This document shows positions 13,483 to 25,958 of a stretch of DNA of 64,000 bases, piece by piece (position 1 is the first letter of the stretch; every line of letters starts with the position of its first letter). This DNA comes from Asterias rubens (Eukaryota). The translations under genes and the position numbers were made by a program. Below the pieces are notes generated by a model, which ran no database searches, was not told the DNA's origin, and worked only from the letters and a program-made list of their open reading frames with translations. The stretch lies in NCBI RefSeq assembly GCF_902459465.1, contig NC_047071.1:2108001-2172000 (forward strand), read 5' to 3'.

Positions 13483-14464
13483 AGCGGGGAGGTGTTATAT
13501 TTCGCTAGTCAACAAATTGGTTAGAATGTGTGAATATGTTTACGTGTATCCTGGATGGGGACCGGTACAAGGTAGCAGTGGTGGCATACCGTCACTAAAT
13601 GGACACTGGGGAAGAAGGAAGCTAAATGAAGAGGAGAAGATAAAACGAGGAAGGAGGCTAAATGACGATTGAGTGAATCGAATAATTAATGGCAAATAAA
13701 GAACAAGATGGATTGAGTATTACACAGTTCACTCAGACATTGTTAAAATAATTTTTAAATAATTAAAATAAAATCAGCAATATTTACCCTGTCTGGGCAT
13801 ACGATGATGATTATTACAAAACAATTGTTTTCTAAGGGATTAAAAGATGAATGATGTGGCCCAAATCTAATTAAATTGAATCTTTTATTTTAAACAAGTA
13901 GCAAAATTGTTCTTTTAAGCGTCCTTTTGTTGTCATCTCCACAGATTAAGCACACATTAGCGCTTAATAAACTGATTATAAAACTGCATTTTTTTTTTTT
14001 TCACTTAATGAGCAAATACAATGTCTAGGATTGGTTGCCATGGTTTTGGCCATTAAGTATAAATGTCAGATGTCTTCCATGGGAATAAGAAAAGAAATGG
14101 CAAACGTCATTGTCTGCTTGAGTTGCCATTTTGCAGACTGGACAGTCAGATGGACTTGACTCTGTGGGGAGCCTTTTCCCATACCTACATACTTTACATA
14201 ATTGCAGTAAACTGGGCTTAAGAATTTTGTATCATCTCACAGACAATTCAACAAAAGGCCTTTTTAAATGTCTGTGTGTGCAGTTATTGTAAGAATTTTG
14301 CAGAAACGGTCTGCAAAAAATGTATTGGTTGGTTGAAGTTGGTTGGTTGGTTTGTTGGTTTTCTTACTCATAGGTATGATTATCGGTACATAATGATTGA
14401 TGGAAGAACAGTTGCTGTCCTTTTCAATTTAATATTTTATTTGTTTATTAGTAATATTGAAAGT

Positions 14465-14585
14465 CATCTGAAAGTATACAAATTTGTACAAGGGTGATTG
14501 TGTCCTTTTAATTCAACATTTTCACAGATTTGTGGTTATGCATAATGCAGGAATACACAAAGTACTGCAAAGGTGTCCAGTGCCT
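14465..14585. mobile_element. Kolobok-like MITE family A, right-end fragment
   Basis: catctgaaagtatacaaatttg ... aaaggtgtccagtgcct|TTAA. Confidence 0.65.
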
Positions 14586-15218
14586 TTAAAGTTGTTATGA
14601 GCAACCTGACTCCAGCCACATCTACAATTCTCCTACAGAGAGCAGATTGGGGTGGATTCAAAGCTTAAGTTATAATGTGACGGAATAATGCATTACAAGG
14701 TTTTTTTACCCAAGAGGTTGGTCTTACATGACACTGCAGTAAGTCCTCGGGTTTTGCGTTTAACGCCATGTTAAGCTTCAGATCTTGAGATGCTTTGAAA
14801 AAAAAAACTTACTTTACTTGTTCGTGCATCAGTCAAAGGTCCGATACATAAGTGGTTTTTGGAATGAGCTAATTTTGTTGAAAACCCAAAAGATTTTTTA
14901 AGAACTGGAATTTTCATCAAACAAAATTATTTTTAAAGAAAGATCTGAACAACTCTACTAGAGAACTTTTGTTATGTGTTATACTGCCTCATTTGTTTGT
15001 AGCCATCACTACTCACGCCATGCACCTTTAACTGTACTTTGTGTAAAGTCAGTCATTCCAATTCCTCGCTGGATATTCAAGATGCTTTGGGTAATTGGGT
15101 TCATATTGGATTTGAAGCTGAGATCCCTTGTAGGGTTCTCAAGATATTCCTTGTGGGGTCTCAAAGTTCATGTCTTAAGATACTCATCAGTCCTCTGCTC
15201 ATTAATGCCGGTCTCTCA

Positions 15219-15365
15219 GGGAAATCTGTCCTCCGGAGATTCTGTCCCCCATATGGGAAATCGACATGGGCTGGAGGAGGTTGATTCAAAAGAGGGCGCT
15301 ATCAGAAGAAGTTTATACACAGTTTGCCATATGGGGGACAGAATCTTCGGGGGGACAGAATCTCC
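15219..15365. mobile_element. MITE with ~38-bp TIRs containing an internal repeat (unclassified)
   Basis: ggaaatctgtcctccggagattctgtcccccatatgg versus ccatatgggggacagaatcttcggggggacagaatctcc. Confidence 0.7.
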
Positions 15366-15865
15366 TGCTCCATCGGCTCAAGAAAGCTTAATCAGCACAG
15401 CCAGGCATGCTAGTCACACTAATCTGTGGCTACTAATGCCAGCTTGTTGCCGATAGGGTAGGGGTATTTTGTTTGGCTTAATCGTTGGCACAGGTGTGTG
15501 CCTAGGATGATTTGCACTGAAGGGAGGTTAGGGGGGGGGGATGAGGCTGTGTAAACCCTCCTGGGTGAGGGAAGGGGGAGGTGCTTAATTTCCATGTTGT
15601 TTTAACTACTTATGTGATGGGTTTATAAGGTTTAAAGCAGCGGTACAGTTTAGTAATCCCAAAATGCTGTACACCATGAACGTATATAGGGCCCTGGCGG
15701 AATACTCATGATTTAAAAAGAAATCCAGTCAGATTTGTTTTCTTTAAAACTTTTGTTGTAAAAACAACTAATTATAAGTGAATGCACTAATCTTCATGAC
15801 TAATGGGTAGGGTGACGGGCTATCAATTACTATTTTTAATGTGGTTATAAAAAACAAAAAATAAA

Positions 15866-16012
15866 AGTCCTAGGAGTTATCAAAAACTTAGCACTAGTCC
15901 GAGTTACGAGTCCTAGGAGTTATCAAAAACTTAACGCTAGTCTGAATTAGGGTGAGTAACTCGAGATAAGACTAGTCTTCACTCTTTGTGAAATCGATGG
16001 CAGTGCCTTTAA
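15866..16012. mobile_element. Family B MITE (left end lost) joined to the last bases of a family A TIR
   Basis: ...gagataagactagtcttcactctttgtgaaatcgatgg|cagtgcct|TTAA. Confidence 0.7.
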
Positions 16013-16914
16013 ATCAGATGATGAGTTTGACACGACCTACATAAACTTTGCAAAAGACTTTATTGTTTATGAGTGAATTGAATGATCCCCAGGGGTGCTG
16101 ATGGGGAGGGGTAGCCACTAAATGCATTTGGCTTTCTATGGGCTGACCAAGGAGCAAGGGCCAGGCAAAGAAATACTATTGAGCTTGCCTGATTAAGACA
16201 TCGTCCGTTCCCTGAAGCATATACAACCTCAAGTGACTTTTAAGACACACAGAATTATCTTATCATCAATATGCAGTCCTTGGTGTCACTCACAATGAGC
16301 AGGCCGGCTGCGTCATTGCTCAGGATGGATGTTCTTGTGAAAGAGATATCAGTGTGCGGTAGTGTGAACGTGTGTACAACAAACGGACTGCTCTGATTTA
16401 TCATTGTCATCAAACAATAATTATTCGGTTGCTACTTATGTAGAGATACACAGTGTAGTTTTCTGGGGTTTTATGGTTTTGTTTTGTACGTAAGTAAGTA
16501 CGTAAGGAAAATAAATGTAATGGGGATGACTGTCGTGATGAAGGACACAATGTTTTTCGCAAAATGCACTCATGGAATTCACCTTGGGACAAGGTTTTCT
16601 ATAGCACAGCCATGCAGAAAAGTAATCAAAATTCCATAGTTTTACTGTTATGAAAGATTTCTGATTATCTCACTGAGGAGGGGGAAGTATGGATTCTGGT
16701 TACCTCTAGATTTACATAATTATTTTCTCTTGGGTAACATTATTCCCAATTTAATGTAATAAATGACCTAAATTCTCCCGATGCCTGAGGTCATCACCCA
16801 CGATAAATCCTGAGCCACAATTTTTGCTTAGCAGAAATGAGCATAATTCTTTTAAGCAGAACTTTTTCAGCAGCTATTTGAAATTGGACACATGCAGGGC
16901 TATAGCACAATAAA

Positions 16915-17106
16915 TATTTGACTCCCATAAATGGCCGACCGTGTTCGTCGGCGAGGTAAAGGGAAAATCGTGCAATTTCGAGGCGTGTTTGTGTGGATCA
17001 TTTTATTGTACTTTTAAAACATCTTTCCAACCATATGCATTTTATAACAAACAATTACAAAGGCTTTTCAAAGACCAACTCGACCGATCCAAGGCAACGT
17101 GTTCCT
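16915..17106. mobile_element. Kolobok-like MITE family F, one end
   Basis: Ends ...ccgatccaaggcaacgtgttcct|TTAA (AGG-type terminus with TTAA); partner TIR not seen. Confidence 0.55.
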
Positions 17107-17396
17107 TTAAGTGGTGGTGATTTGTAGATGTAGATACGATCAATCATCTAATGGAATCACCAGTGTAATGATAACCCTAATATTGACAAACACCATGTAT
17201 ATTACGACCTTTGATCTTATCCAACGTCTCAATCATTCACATCTTATTGATCAGCCAAAGTCCAATCGTTTTGTCAGTTTGTTTGGGGAATAAGAAAAAG
17301 AAAATCTACACAATGAGGAAATGAGGCGATTAATTACATCTACCCACATGCATAACCCTGTGACAACTGAAAAACAATATCATTCAAAAAGCACCC

Positions 17397-17635
17397 TTGA
17401 AAGAAAAAACACCCTTGTCACACGAAGTTGTGTGCTTTCAGATGCTTGATTTCAAGACCTCAAGTTCTAAACTTGAGGTCTCGAAAAATTACTTCTTTCT
17501 CGAAAACTATGTTACTTCAGAGGGAGCCATTTCTCACAATTTTTTCATACCATCAACCTCTCCCCATTACTCGTTACCAAATGAGGTTTTATGCCAATAA
17601 TTATTTTGAGTAATTACCAATAGTGTCCACTGCCT
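17397..17635. mobile_element. Kolobok-like MITE family A, reverse orientation, one half
   Basis: High-identity body ending aattaccaatagtgtccactgcct|TTAA. Confidence 0.85.
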
Positions 17636-17991
17636 TTAATCATGATCAATACATTGATATTTATTTATACACAGAATTGAGGGGGAAAAAGAACAACGTG
17701 ATATAAAAGGTCATCCCGAATCATTGAATACTGAAAGAAAAAAAATTGAAGATAAAAACTGAAGAAAATAACAGCTGCACCGTACTGTTCTACCCATTGA
17801 TCCAAAGATATATCTTCCCCAAGGAAATGTTTTGTGTTACCTTCAAGGTATGGGGATGTCTCGAAGTGTAGTTGGAAGAGACCAACATCTTGTTGCAATG
17901 GTTGAGTCTTTGTAACAGTAGAATTGAGAAAGAAGGATCTGACAAACTGATTCTCCTCTCAGAGCGAGCACTCCTCAAAACAGATCTTTAA

Positions 17992-18130
17992 AGGCACTTG
18001 ACACATTTGTTAATTATCAAAGACCAGCATTCTCACTTGGTTGTTATATCCAACAAATATGCACACAGTAAACAATCTGTGAAAATTTGGACTCAATTGG
18101 TCATCAAAGTTGCAACTGAATAATGAATAA
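17992..18130. mobile_element. Kolobok-like MITE family A, reverse orientation, other half
   Basis: TTAA|AGGCACTTGACAC..aattatcaaagaccagcattctcacttgg...; truncated. Confidence 0.7.
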
Positions 18131-18789
18131 TTTCTCCTTGTGTGTACACACTTAACCTCTACTGTATAATGTTAAACCAATAAGCTTTAAAATTACATTA
18201 AACCATCAAGCTTAAATCTAAATTGAGAACGAGTGATCATGGGTACCGGCAGGTGTAAACAAGAGCTTGTACTTTTCCATACCCAAACATGTTCTAGAGT
18301 ATTGAATACAAAATTGCCAAAACACTGAAACTGCCAAGCTCCATTTACCTTTAACAGAACACATCAACCAGTGTGAACATCACTGGCTTAGAACTATAGC
18401 AACAACAACATTGAAGTGGATTTTTGTCCCCAGTAGAGTCAAGCCTTGAGTGGTTTGATGTATAAGGTAGCATGTGTTGACGCTCTGTGGATTGTCTTAA
18501 GTACCTAATAAGCATCTTAAGTTCTTAAATGGCAATTTGCTGCAGAGCAATTGAAGATTTGACATAATGTAATTGAAGAGTTGCAACAAAGTAGATTCTT
18601 GCTGAGGTGTTTTTGCTGCTTACAACCTAAAGCTGTGTTGCTCAGTCTTAATTTTGCCAAATGTTCACACCCAAAGCTTTTTCTCTATATAACATTTCAG
18701 AAGATGGGTGTGTTTAAATAGTGCAATATGAAGCCCTTTTCAAAAGAATTTGAACATTCAACTTGAACCTTTAACTTGGTTTTTGTTCA

Positions 18790-18900
18790 CCCTACTAGGC
18801 ACCGTATACTCTGTACTTTCTCAAGTTCAGTGAAAAAAATCCTAAGGCAGATCACTTAAGTGGGAATCGAACCCACAACCTTTGCATTGCTAGAGCAGAT
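18790..18900 (-). mobile_element. tRNA-derived SINE family S1, degenerate
   Basis: gtgggaatcgaacccacaacctttgcattgctagagcag is the reverse complement of the S1 head. Confidence 0.6.
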
Positions 18901-19996
18901 GAACTTAAATGAACCATAGAGCAAGGAGCCTGCTCTATGGATGAACCTACTTACAAATAACTGTAATAGGTAAGGTTTGCTAAGAACTAGAAGTGTTACA
19001 ATAACCCTGTAAGCTTAATAACTTGCCATATATTATCTGCTTTTCTCCTACCAGAGCGTTCCAAGTCCTTATTCAGGTTTCAAGCAATTGCAAATTCTCC
19101 CTGGTGGTTTTTAATTAAAGGCATCTTCAAAAGTTGCCGTAGGTGCATGTAATATTGATTATCACGGCTTCATCTGATTGCTTCTTGGAAACTTTAATAT
19201 TTATAGAGCGTCCATCCAAACAAACACAGAATCGAGACCCAGGTGTTACTTCATGGTTAATTTCAAATGTTCCGAGTCAGTTTGGGGATGGAGAATGGTG
19301 CACAGTGTATGCTTGCTGCTGGGATTGATACACGAGTCGGTTGTGTGCCGTCAACAATAGTCTACAACATGGGATAATTTAAAGGGGGTACATTTGCTGA
19401 TTGAATTGGTGTGATCAAAGATTGAAAGACCATGGCACGACTTTCAAAAAGCACTTGGATTCATCTTCAGATGAGTTGTCAATGTTGTACCTGGAGTAGA
19501 ACTCTATACACCTTTATCACGGTGTGGCCATCTTGATTTTACTCCATTCCAACTCATTGTAACCAATATGAGGCTAGACGAAATAATAGTCTGCTGCCAT
19601 GCACAATGAATGTTAGCATTCATTTCTGTTATTGGAAACGGGGAACAAGACCAAGATGGTGACAGCGTTATAATTATAATAGGTCTATTTGTCCATATTA
19701 TCATTGGGGTTTGTATCGTGACATCACACATTTTTTTTTACAGCCCAGATCAACTTTAAAATGTATACTAATGAGTCAGTGTTACTAGCAATGTTCAACA
19801 TAAGATTGTGAAAGCTGTTTTCAAATAACAGTTACACTAAAAAATATAGTTTATAATAATATAAGGTAACATCCCATTTATAGTTCATGTTTTTATCTAA
19901 TATCAGATTTAATAGATGTTAAATTTGCGATGGGGATAAAGAATAGTATTCGTTTTGGTTTATCCCATATACACTGATGTATGTTACCACCACTGT

Positions 19997-20168
19997 ATAC
20001 TTTTCCGAGTTCTAGCTAGTATGTCACTGCTCTTAGAATTGCAAAGGTCGAGAGGTTCGAATTCCACCCGAGTATTGTGCCTATGATTTTGTTTCACCAA
20101 ACTTGGGAAAGTGCTGAGATTACGGTGCTAACATACATCATTGTATATGGGTAAAACCAAAATGAGTA
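19997..20168 (+). mobile_element. tRNA-derived SINE family S1
   Basis: Colinear with the 54841-55013 copy (cactgctcttagaattgcaaaggtcgagaggttcgaattccacccgagt...gggtaaaaccaaaat). Confidence 0.75.
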
Positions 20169-20260
20169 CTAATTTCATATTTTTACCAAAAGTTTCTTTC
20201 CTGTTTAACAGTAAGCCTATCATTTTCTATCATCAGCTTTTGGAAAAAGATTTGTCAGTT

Positions 20261-20351
20261 GACTAGAGCGAGGTTTAGGTCTGTGTCTCCAGATTAACGT
20301 GCGGGAGCTCTACCAACTGAGCTTTCTAGCCATAATACTGGCAGTCTCCCT
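20261..20351 (-). mobile_element. tRNA-containing repeat family S2, degenerate
   Basis: Reverse complement gggagactgccagtattatgggctagaaagctcagttggtagagc...ctctagtc aligns with 37599-37690. Confidence 0.65.
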
Positions 20352-21383
20352 TTGAATATAAACTGTACCATGAAAATACTTCGGCAGTGAGGCTAACGTC
20401 CTGAAGTCAGTTGCTCTGTGTGTCATTACAGGCCTGGCCTTGCTGTTAGTATGGGTTTCGTTGAATCTCAGTGATGTCACTGTATTGTGTCGATATAGCA
20501 TCTCTCACTCGAAAGCAAGAGGTGTTTCTGGCAACAGTCCCCTATGCATTGTGTGAGTCATCTGCTTGGTATATCAACACTGCTATATTGAGCGTGTCCA
20601 GCTGTAATGCATGCTAGCAGTATAACAGTGTGAGGAAACGAGAGATTGCGTGAGGAGCAAGCTGGTTGTGTCTCTGCTCCGGGCTGGAGTATCACTTGAA
20701 CGGAGATGACATGCAGAGTTATATTGCTTCGATAAAGGGCTTTGCTTTCATTTCAAAGTAGCAGTAAGTACAAATCTGTCCGTGTTGTTTTTTTGTGTTT
20801 GGTAAAGATTTGATCCCAAATTGATGGAATTACCTTTAAAAATATAATTGTTTTGCTTTATCATAACATTGGTTCTCGGATGGATACATCTGAATGCCAT
20901 GTTGAAGACAAAAATCATTAAAAGGCTGTATCATATGAAAAGTTGAGAAAAATTACACAGGTTTTGGGGGAAAGTGAACAGTTTTATGGTTTTGCCACAG
21001 TCAGCAATTTATTGAGTAGTTGATTTAAATGCATTACATCATCACATAATCTAAACCTATTCAATGTATGAGAAGTAGTAAGATGAAGATGCAGCAATAT
21101 GGTTTTTTTTCTGACAAAAGCAGCCACCGTGCAATGTCTTTTGCTTATGACGTGTGTTGTTTTCTCTCAGTTCATCAAGAGTGTTAATGCGCTTACAATG
21201 TGTTTTTCCCTGAGTCATTGTGTCTGTGTGAATCTCTGCGAGGAACACTTCACACTTGTGGCCGGTGCTTGTGATATGATGAGGATGGTTTTAACTAAAA
21301 GTGGTTGTCTATGTGTACAGAATTTATAGAGTATGTTACTTTTGAAAATTACTCTCATAACTGGTGTAGTATGAGAATCAAGA

Positions 21384-21580
21384 GGAACATTACAGACTTG
21401 GTAAGAATCACTAAGATCACAGATTTACATCAAACTTTAATACACGGTTTAAATGATAACATGCACAACATTTAATCGTTTTTTCTTTATATCTCCTGAC
21501 TCTGACGGTTAAATGATCTCAAACTTCTACAGGTCATTGCTTACACTGTTTTGTTAGCAAAAAACAATTCTGTAACAAGA
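21384..21580. mobile_element. Kolobok-like MITE family G, internally deleted
   Basis: aggaacattacagacttggtaaga ... gttttgttagcaaaaaacaattctgtaa; same ends as the 29075 copy. Confidence 0.65.
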
Positions 21581-22879
21581 TATTTTAATTACATGAATGC
21601 TTCATTGGAGAGATTTTGCAATTTTCTGTTTTGATTGAAAGATAATTTTGCAATATGCTTGCGTATCCCACATCACAGCCTTGACCTATTGCCAGCTCAG
21701 TTTTATTGATGAAATTGAGAATATAAAATGACTTTCAGAGAAATGACTTTCAGTTTTGCATGCATTGTTGTGTTCATGGGTTTGAAGGCTGTATGGGTGC
21801 TTCATAGTATAGATCGAAGATGTAACCTTGTTTACAAAAACAGCGATCATCCATTCCAGGGCATTTGCTGGCATTTCACTGGTCGTATTTATGACATAAG
21901 CGTTACACGTTCAGGGCTCAATTTCAGGAGCAAGACTGCAGGCGGCTTGTAACTCAACATTTTATCTGGACCATAATTTATGATACAAGACCAGATTCAA
22001 ATTTAGAGAACACATTTAATCTCCTTTGTCATGCTACTTTGATTCTCAACAGAACTGAAAGACATATCAGATTAGTTGTCGCCTTTTTTCACAAAGAGAC
22101 TACTCAACCCACATAATAATATTTTTATATTTGATAACTATTATCTAAGTACTGCTGTGCCTTTGAGGCCCTTCTTTAAATGAGATTAGATTTAATTAAG
22201 TTTTTTATGAACATCATTCAATCTATTTTTGAAGCTGGTCATTATGTTTTTTTCCAGATGTTAAATTATTTGAAATGGTAGGATTTTCCCAGACAAAGAA
22301 TATATTTTTTAATTTGCTGATGGATTTCGAATCCATTATTGCCTATTTATTCATGCATGATTGGAATAAGTCTTTACTCTCCACATGCATAGTGTATAAT
22401 TTAAAATGACAAACAACACAATTTCATTCCTTGCATTAGAAAATAAATGAACGAAATTAATCTTGTTCACTTAATTAAAGGTAAGGGTCATAGATTGGTA
22501 CAAATTAATGACCGTAATAACTTATATACTTTTTAGTGAGAGCCACTGCAGCTGTTGAAAGGATAAGTTGAGAAAGGATTCCCTTTGAAGTAAGTTATTG
22601 TTTGGATATTTTTTCGCCCCAAATTTGCAAATGCTACGGCCAGAGATACAGTTGTTACCCGTTGTCACCACACTATCACTAAAAGGGATTTGATGTTATT
22701 GTGAAAATATCGTTCTCAGAATACAGCTCTTTGCTGTTTGCTAAGCAGGTATACACTGTATTCAACTGAAACTTTCTCTGGTAACTTTTATTGTACATTT
22801 CTTTATAACTTTACTTAACCTTCAAATCAGTCGACAAAAACCTCCTTTTAAGTCATCATCGAAAACAATTGACATTTGA

Positions 22880-23470
22880 AACCGTGAGAGTCCTAAGTTG
22901 GCAATGCTTCAAAAAGTTACTGTACTTATGTAGTACAGGTCTATAATTGGTGATGAGGCTTTGGGTTATTTACATGTTTCATTGCAAAATAGGGCTGTTT
23001 AATTTGGTACCAGTTTTCATAATGATCTTGGGTCGTCAGTTGGAGATGCTTGAAATAAGTTAGTGTACAGCTCTCTGGTAATTGGATCTGTGCAGCCTTA
23101 AGCTGATTTACACGGCCCATAGCGAAAGGGTGCTTAACTTTTTTTAAAAAAGATTCACGTGGGTGTAAATTGGCCATGCTTAAACCAATCCTGTTGTAAA
23201 TCTCGATTCTCAATTACTTGGTTCTGTATTAGGCTTTGGCTTATTAACCATTTCTTAACGAAATGGTGCTTAACTTCTTTTAAAGATTCACGTGGTTGTA
23301 AGTTGGCTATGCTTGAACCAATCATGTTTTACATCAAAGGGTCTGTCTCAATTAATTGGTTCTGTCAGCTTTGGATGATTTACACGTCTCTTAGCAAGAG
23401 GTTGCTTAATTTTTTCTTTGAGATTTACGTGGGTGTAAGTTGGCCATGCTTGAAACAATCATGTTGAACA
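22880..23470. repeat. Tandem repeat, ~4 units of ~135 bp
   Basis: gattcacgtgg.tgtaa.ttggc.atgctt at ~23152, 23285 and 23422; older copies lie upstream. Confidence 0.8.
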
Positions 23471-23501
23471 GGGGTCTCTTAAAATCAATAGAGCTGCAGT
23501 G

Positions 23502-23719
23502 GGCCCAATTTTCATAAAGCTGCTAAGCACACACATTTGCTTAGCATGAAATTTCTTCACTGATAAAAACGGGATTACCAAGGACAAATTTCCACTTGAT
23601 TTTAGGATAAGCATGCAATATGCAACAAATGGAAATTTGGTTGGTAATCCTGTTTTTATCAAGGAAGAAGTTTCATGCTAAGCAAATATTTGTGCTGAGC
23701 AGCTCTATGAAACTGGACC
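23502..23719. mobile_element. Harbinger-like MITE family C
   Basis: ggcccaattttcataaagctgctaagca ... gcagctctatgaaactggacc|ctg. Confidence 0.75.
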
Positions 23720-23999
23720 CTGGTCAGGGACTTGTTGGAGGGCAGCCTTAAAGTATAATCTTCAGGCATTAAGTCTCGACTTAATGAGGTTACCCTTTAA
23801 TCAGGTCTACATTTCCAACTCTAATGGCCTCTGGGTAGATATGGACACGTTTCTAGAAGTTTCAGGAGCTTCAATTAGGCATACAAAATATAGGCAAGTA
23901 AATAACGCTGCTTGGCTGGCTATCCTATTCGAGACTTGAATATTTATTCATAAATACCTTAGACAGTTTCGCTATTCCTATTGGTGGACTATGCATCTT

Positions 24000-24080
24000 T
24001 TTGCCTGGCGAAACATGGCGTATACAGTGTTTTTTCAACAGAGGGCGGTTTGAATGTAAACATAGGTCACATCGTCTATA
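24000..24080. mobile_element. Right part of the TATAGACGATGTGACCT-TIR MITE family
   Basis: caacagagggcggtttgaatgtaaacataggtcacatcgtctata is identical to the end of the 53482-53692 element. Confidence 0.75.
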
Positions 24081-24285
24081 TTGTGTCTGTTTATGTTTTT
24101 TAAAGCTACATACAAAGTGTGGACCTGAGAACAAAAGAGGTTCACATAACGAGAGACTTAAAATACTATGTGGACTTACACACAGTCCACACAGTGTTTT
24201 TTTGTTCAGTGGTGAAGAATAGGGTTTTCCTAACGAGTACAGAACCAAAGAATGTCCACACACAGTGACAGCAATTATAGCTTAA

Positions 24286-24619
24286 AGACCATGGATACTA
24301 CTGGTAATTGTCAAAGACCAATCTTCACAGTTGGTGTATCTCAACATATGCATAAAATAACAAACCTGTGAAAATTTGAGCTCAATTGGTCGTCAAAGTT
24401 GCGAGATAATAATGAAAGAAAAAACGCCCTTGTCACACGGAGTTGTGTGCTTTCAGATGCATGATTTCGAGACCTCAAATTCTAAATCTGAGGTCTCGAA
24501 ATCAAATTTGTGGAAAATTACTTCTTTCTCAAAAACTATGTTACTTCAGAGGGAGCTGTTTCTCATAAGGTTTTATGAAAATAATCATTTCGAGTAATTA
24601 CCAATAGTGTCCACTGCCT
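24286..24619. mobile_element. Kolobok-like MITE family A, both ends present, reverse orientation
   Basis: TTAA at 24282-24285 and 24620-24623; TIRs ag..tggatactactggtaatt / aattaccaatagtgtccactgcct. Confidence 0.9.
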
Positions 24620-25764
24620 TTAAGGCTCCTATTTGTATTTGTGTGCTTTTTACTTGATACATCACTGTGTACTTATTGTGCCATTATGACTATGTCGGCA
24701 GGTCTGTACAGTAAGCATCGGCTTTTATTAAGGGCGATGTTGATCGATTAAATTGTACCAAAGTATAATTCAATATAAGCCATCCTCTGGACACAGCAAT
24801 TTGCATGCACCTGTCTACTTTTCCTTTTAAATCTTATTGGGGGTTTAGAGTCTCGTATAATCATGACCGATCTTTAAAAGCAATTTGGGCACACCTGAAT
24901 GACTAGATTGGCTTCGTACAAGGTGTCAGAAGCAAGTATTTCTTTTTGATTATTATATCCAACTCAGGATGTGAAGGTAAATGACGATCAGTTGCCAGGA
25001 GCAAACCGTCACGACATCAACCATATTTCCCATGATGTACGTGTGTGGAATACCAACACTATGCATAAGGGAGAACTCAACGACAGTGTGCACATAAATT
25101 GTGCAGTGCATGAACATTTTAAGTGGGGGCACTTCTCTCGTAATATAATATAACTACCACATATTGAGACATATGTGGTTTTCCTCCCTTGAAATTGTTG
25201 GGGTTTTTTTTTAGGTTTTTTTTTTAACATAGATCTACATTGATTGCTAAATACCTGCAGAATATTTTTGCAGGTATTTAGTTTTAAAATGTTTGTTGAC
25301 TTCTTTCAATCCTCTTCTTGATTGATTGATTGAATTTAGTCTGATAAAAATACAGCCAAAACATGCCATAAATACATAGGAGAAAAGACAATGAAATAGA
25401 ATACAAGAAAGACAAAATAAAATACAAAATTAGCCAAGAATAACCCCAAAAGTCAACAACTTAGGCTTATTTCCATAGGGGTCCTATGAGAAATGGTATT
25501 ATAAGATTGCCTGAAATGTTGATGCTCTTTTTAAGGAATGACTATTACATGTACACATTAAGAACGATAGGACCATATGCCTGGCAATGCAGTTATCTGA
25601 TGTACATTGTGTAGACAGACACATATTTTTTGACAAAAATTGTTTGCGAGAGACCACACATGTAAATTACATTAATTGGATAAACTAGCATTCATGACAA
25701 TTTAATGTCAGAACAAAAACAGGACAAATATGGTTCTTTTGGTAGAGTGAACTAAAATTCAACA

Positions 25765-25958
25765 TCTCAATTTCATAGAGTTGCTTAAGCAGAAAATATT
25801 GCTTAACAGTTTTCAGCAAAGCAGAAATTAGCAGAATACCAGTCACAAATTGTACTTTGAGACATGGTAGTTTGGCTGGGAACCTCATTCTGGTAAGTGT
25901 ATTTTGGTTATGCTTAGCTACTTGTTTTGCTTAAAGCAGCTCTGTGAAGTTCGTCCCC
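25765..25958. mobile_element. Harbinger-like MITE family C variant, degenerate
   Basis: caatttcatagagttgcttaagcagaaaatattgct ... ttaaagcagctctgtgaagtt..ccc|cag. Confidence 0.6.

Noticed and set aside
14974-15456. 160-aa ORF on the + strand
   Set aside because: Spans a MITE (15219-15365), starts at TTG, and has no domain-like sequence or splice context.
16290-16408. Minus-strand frame MTMINQSSPFVVHTFTLPHTDISFTRTSILSNDAAGLLI ending at a gtgagt donor
   Set aside because: Single short candidate with no compatible partner exon or recognisable homology.
17397-18130. Two complementary halves of family A in swapped order, suggesting a circular intermediate
   Set aside because: The halves differ in divergence and are separated by ~350 bp of unrelated DNA; two independent truncated copies is the simpler explanation.
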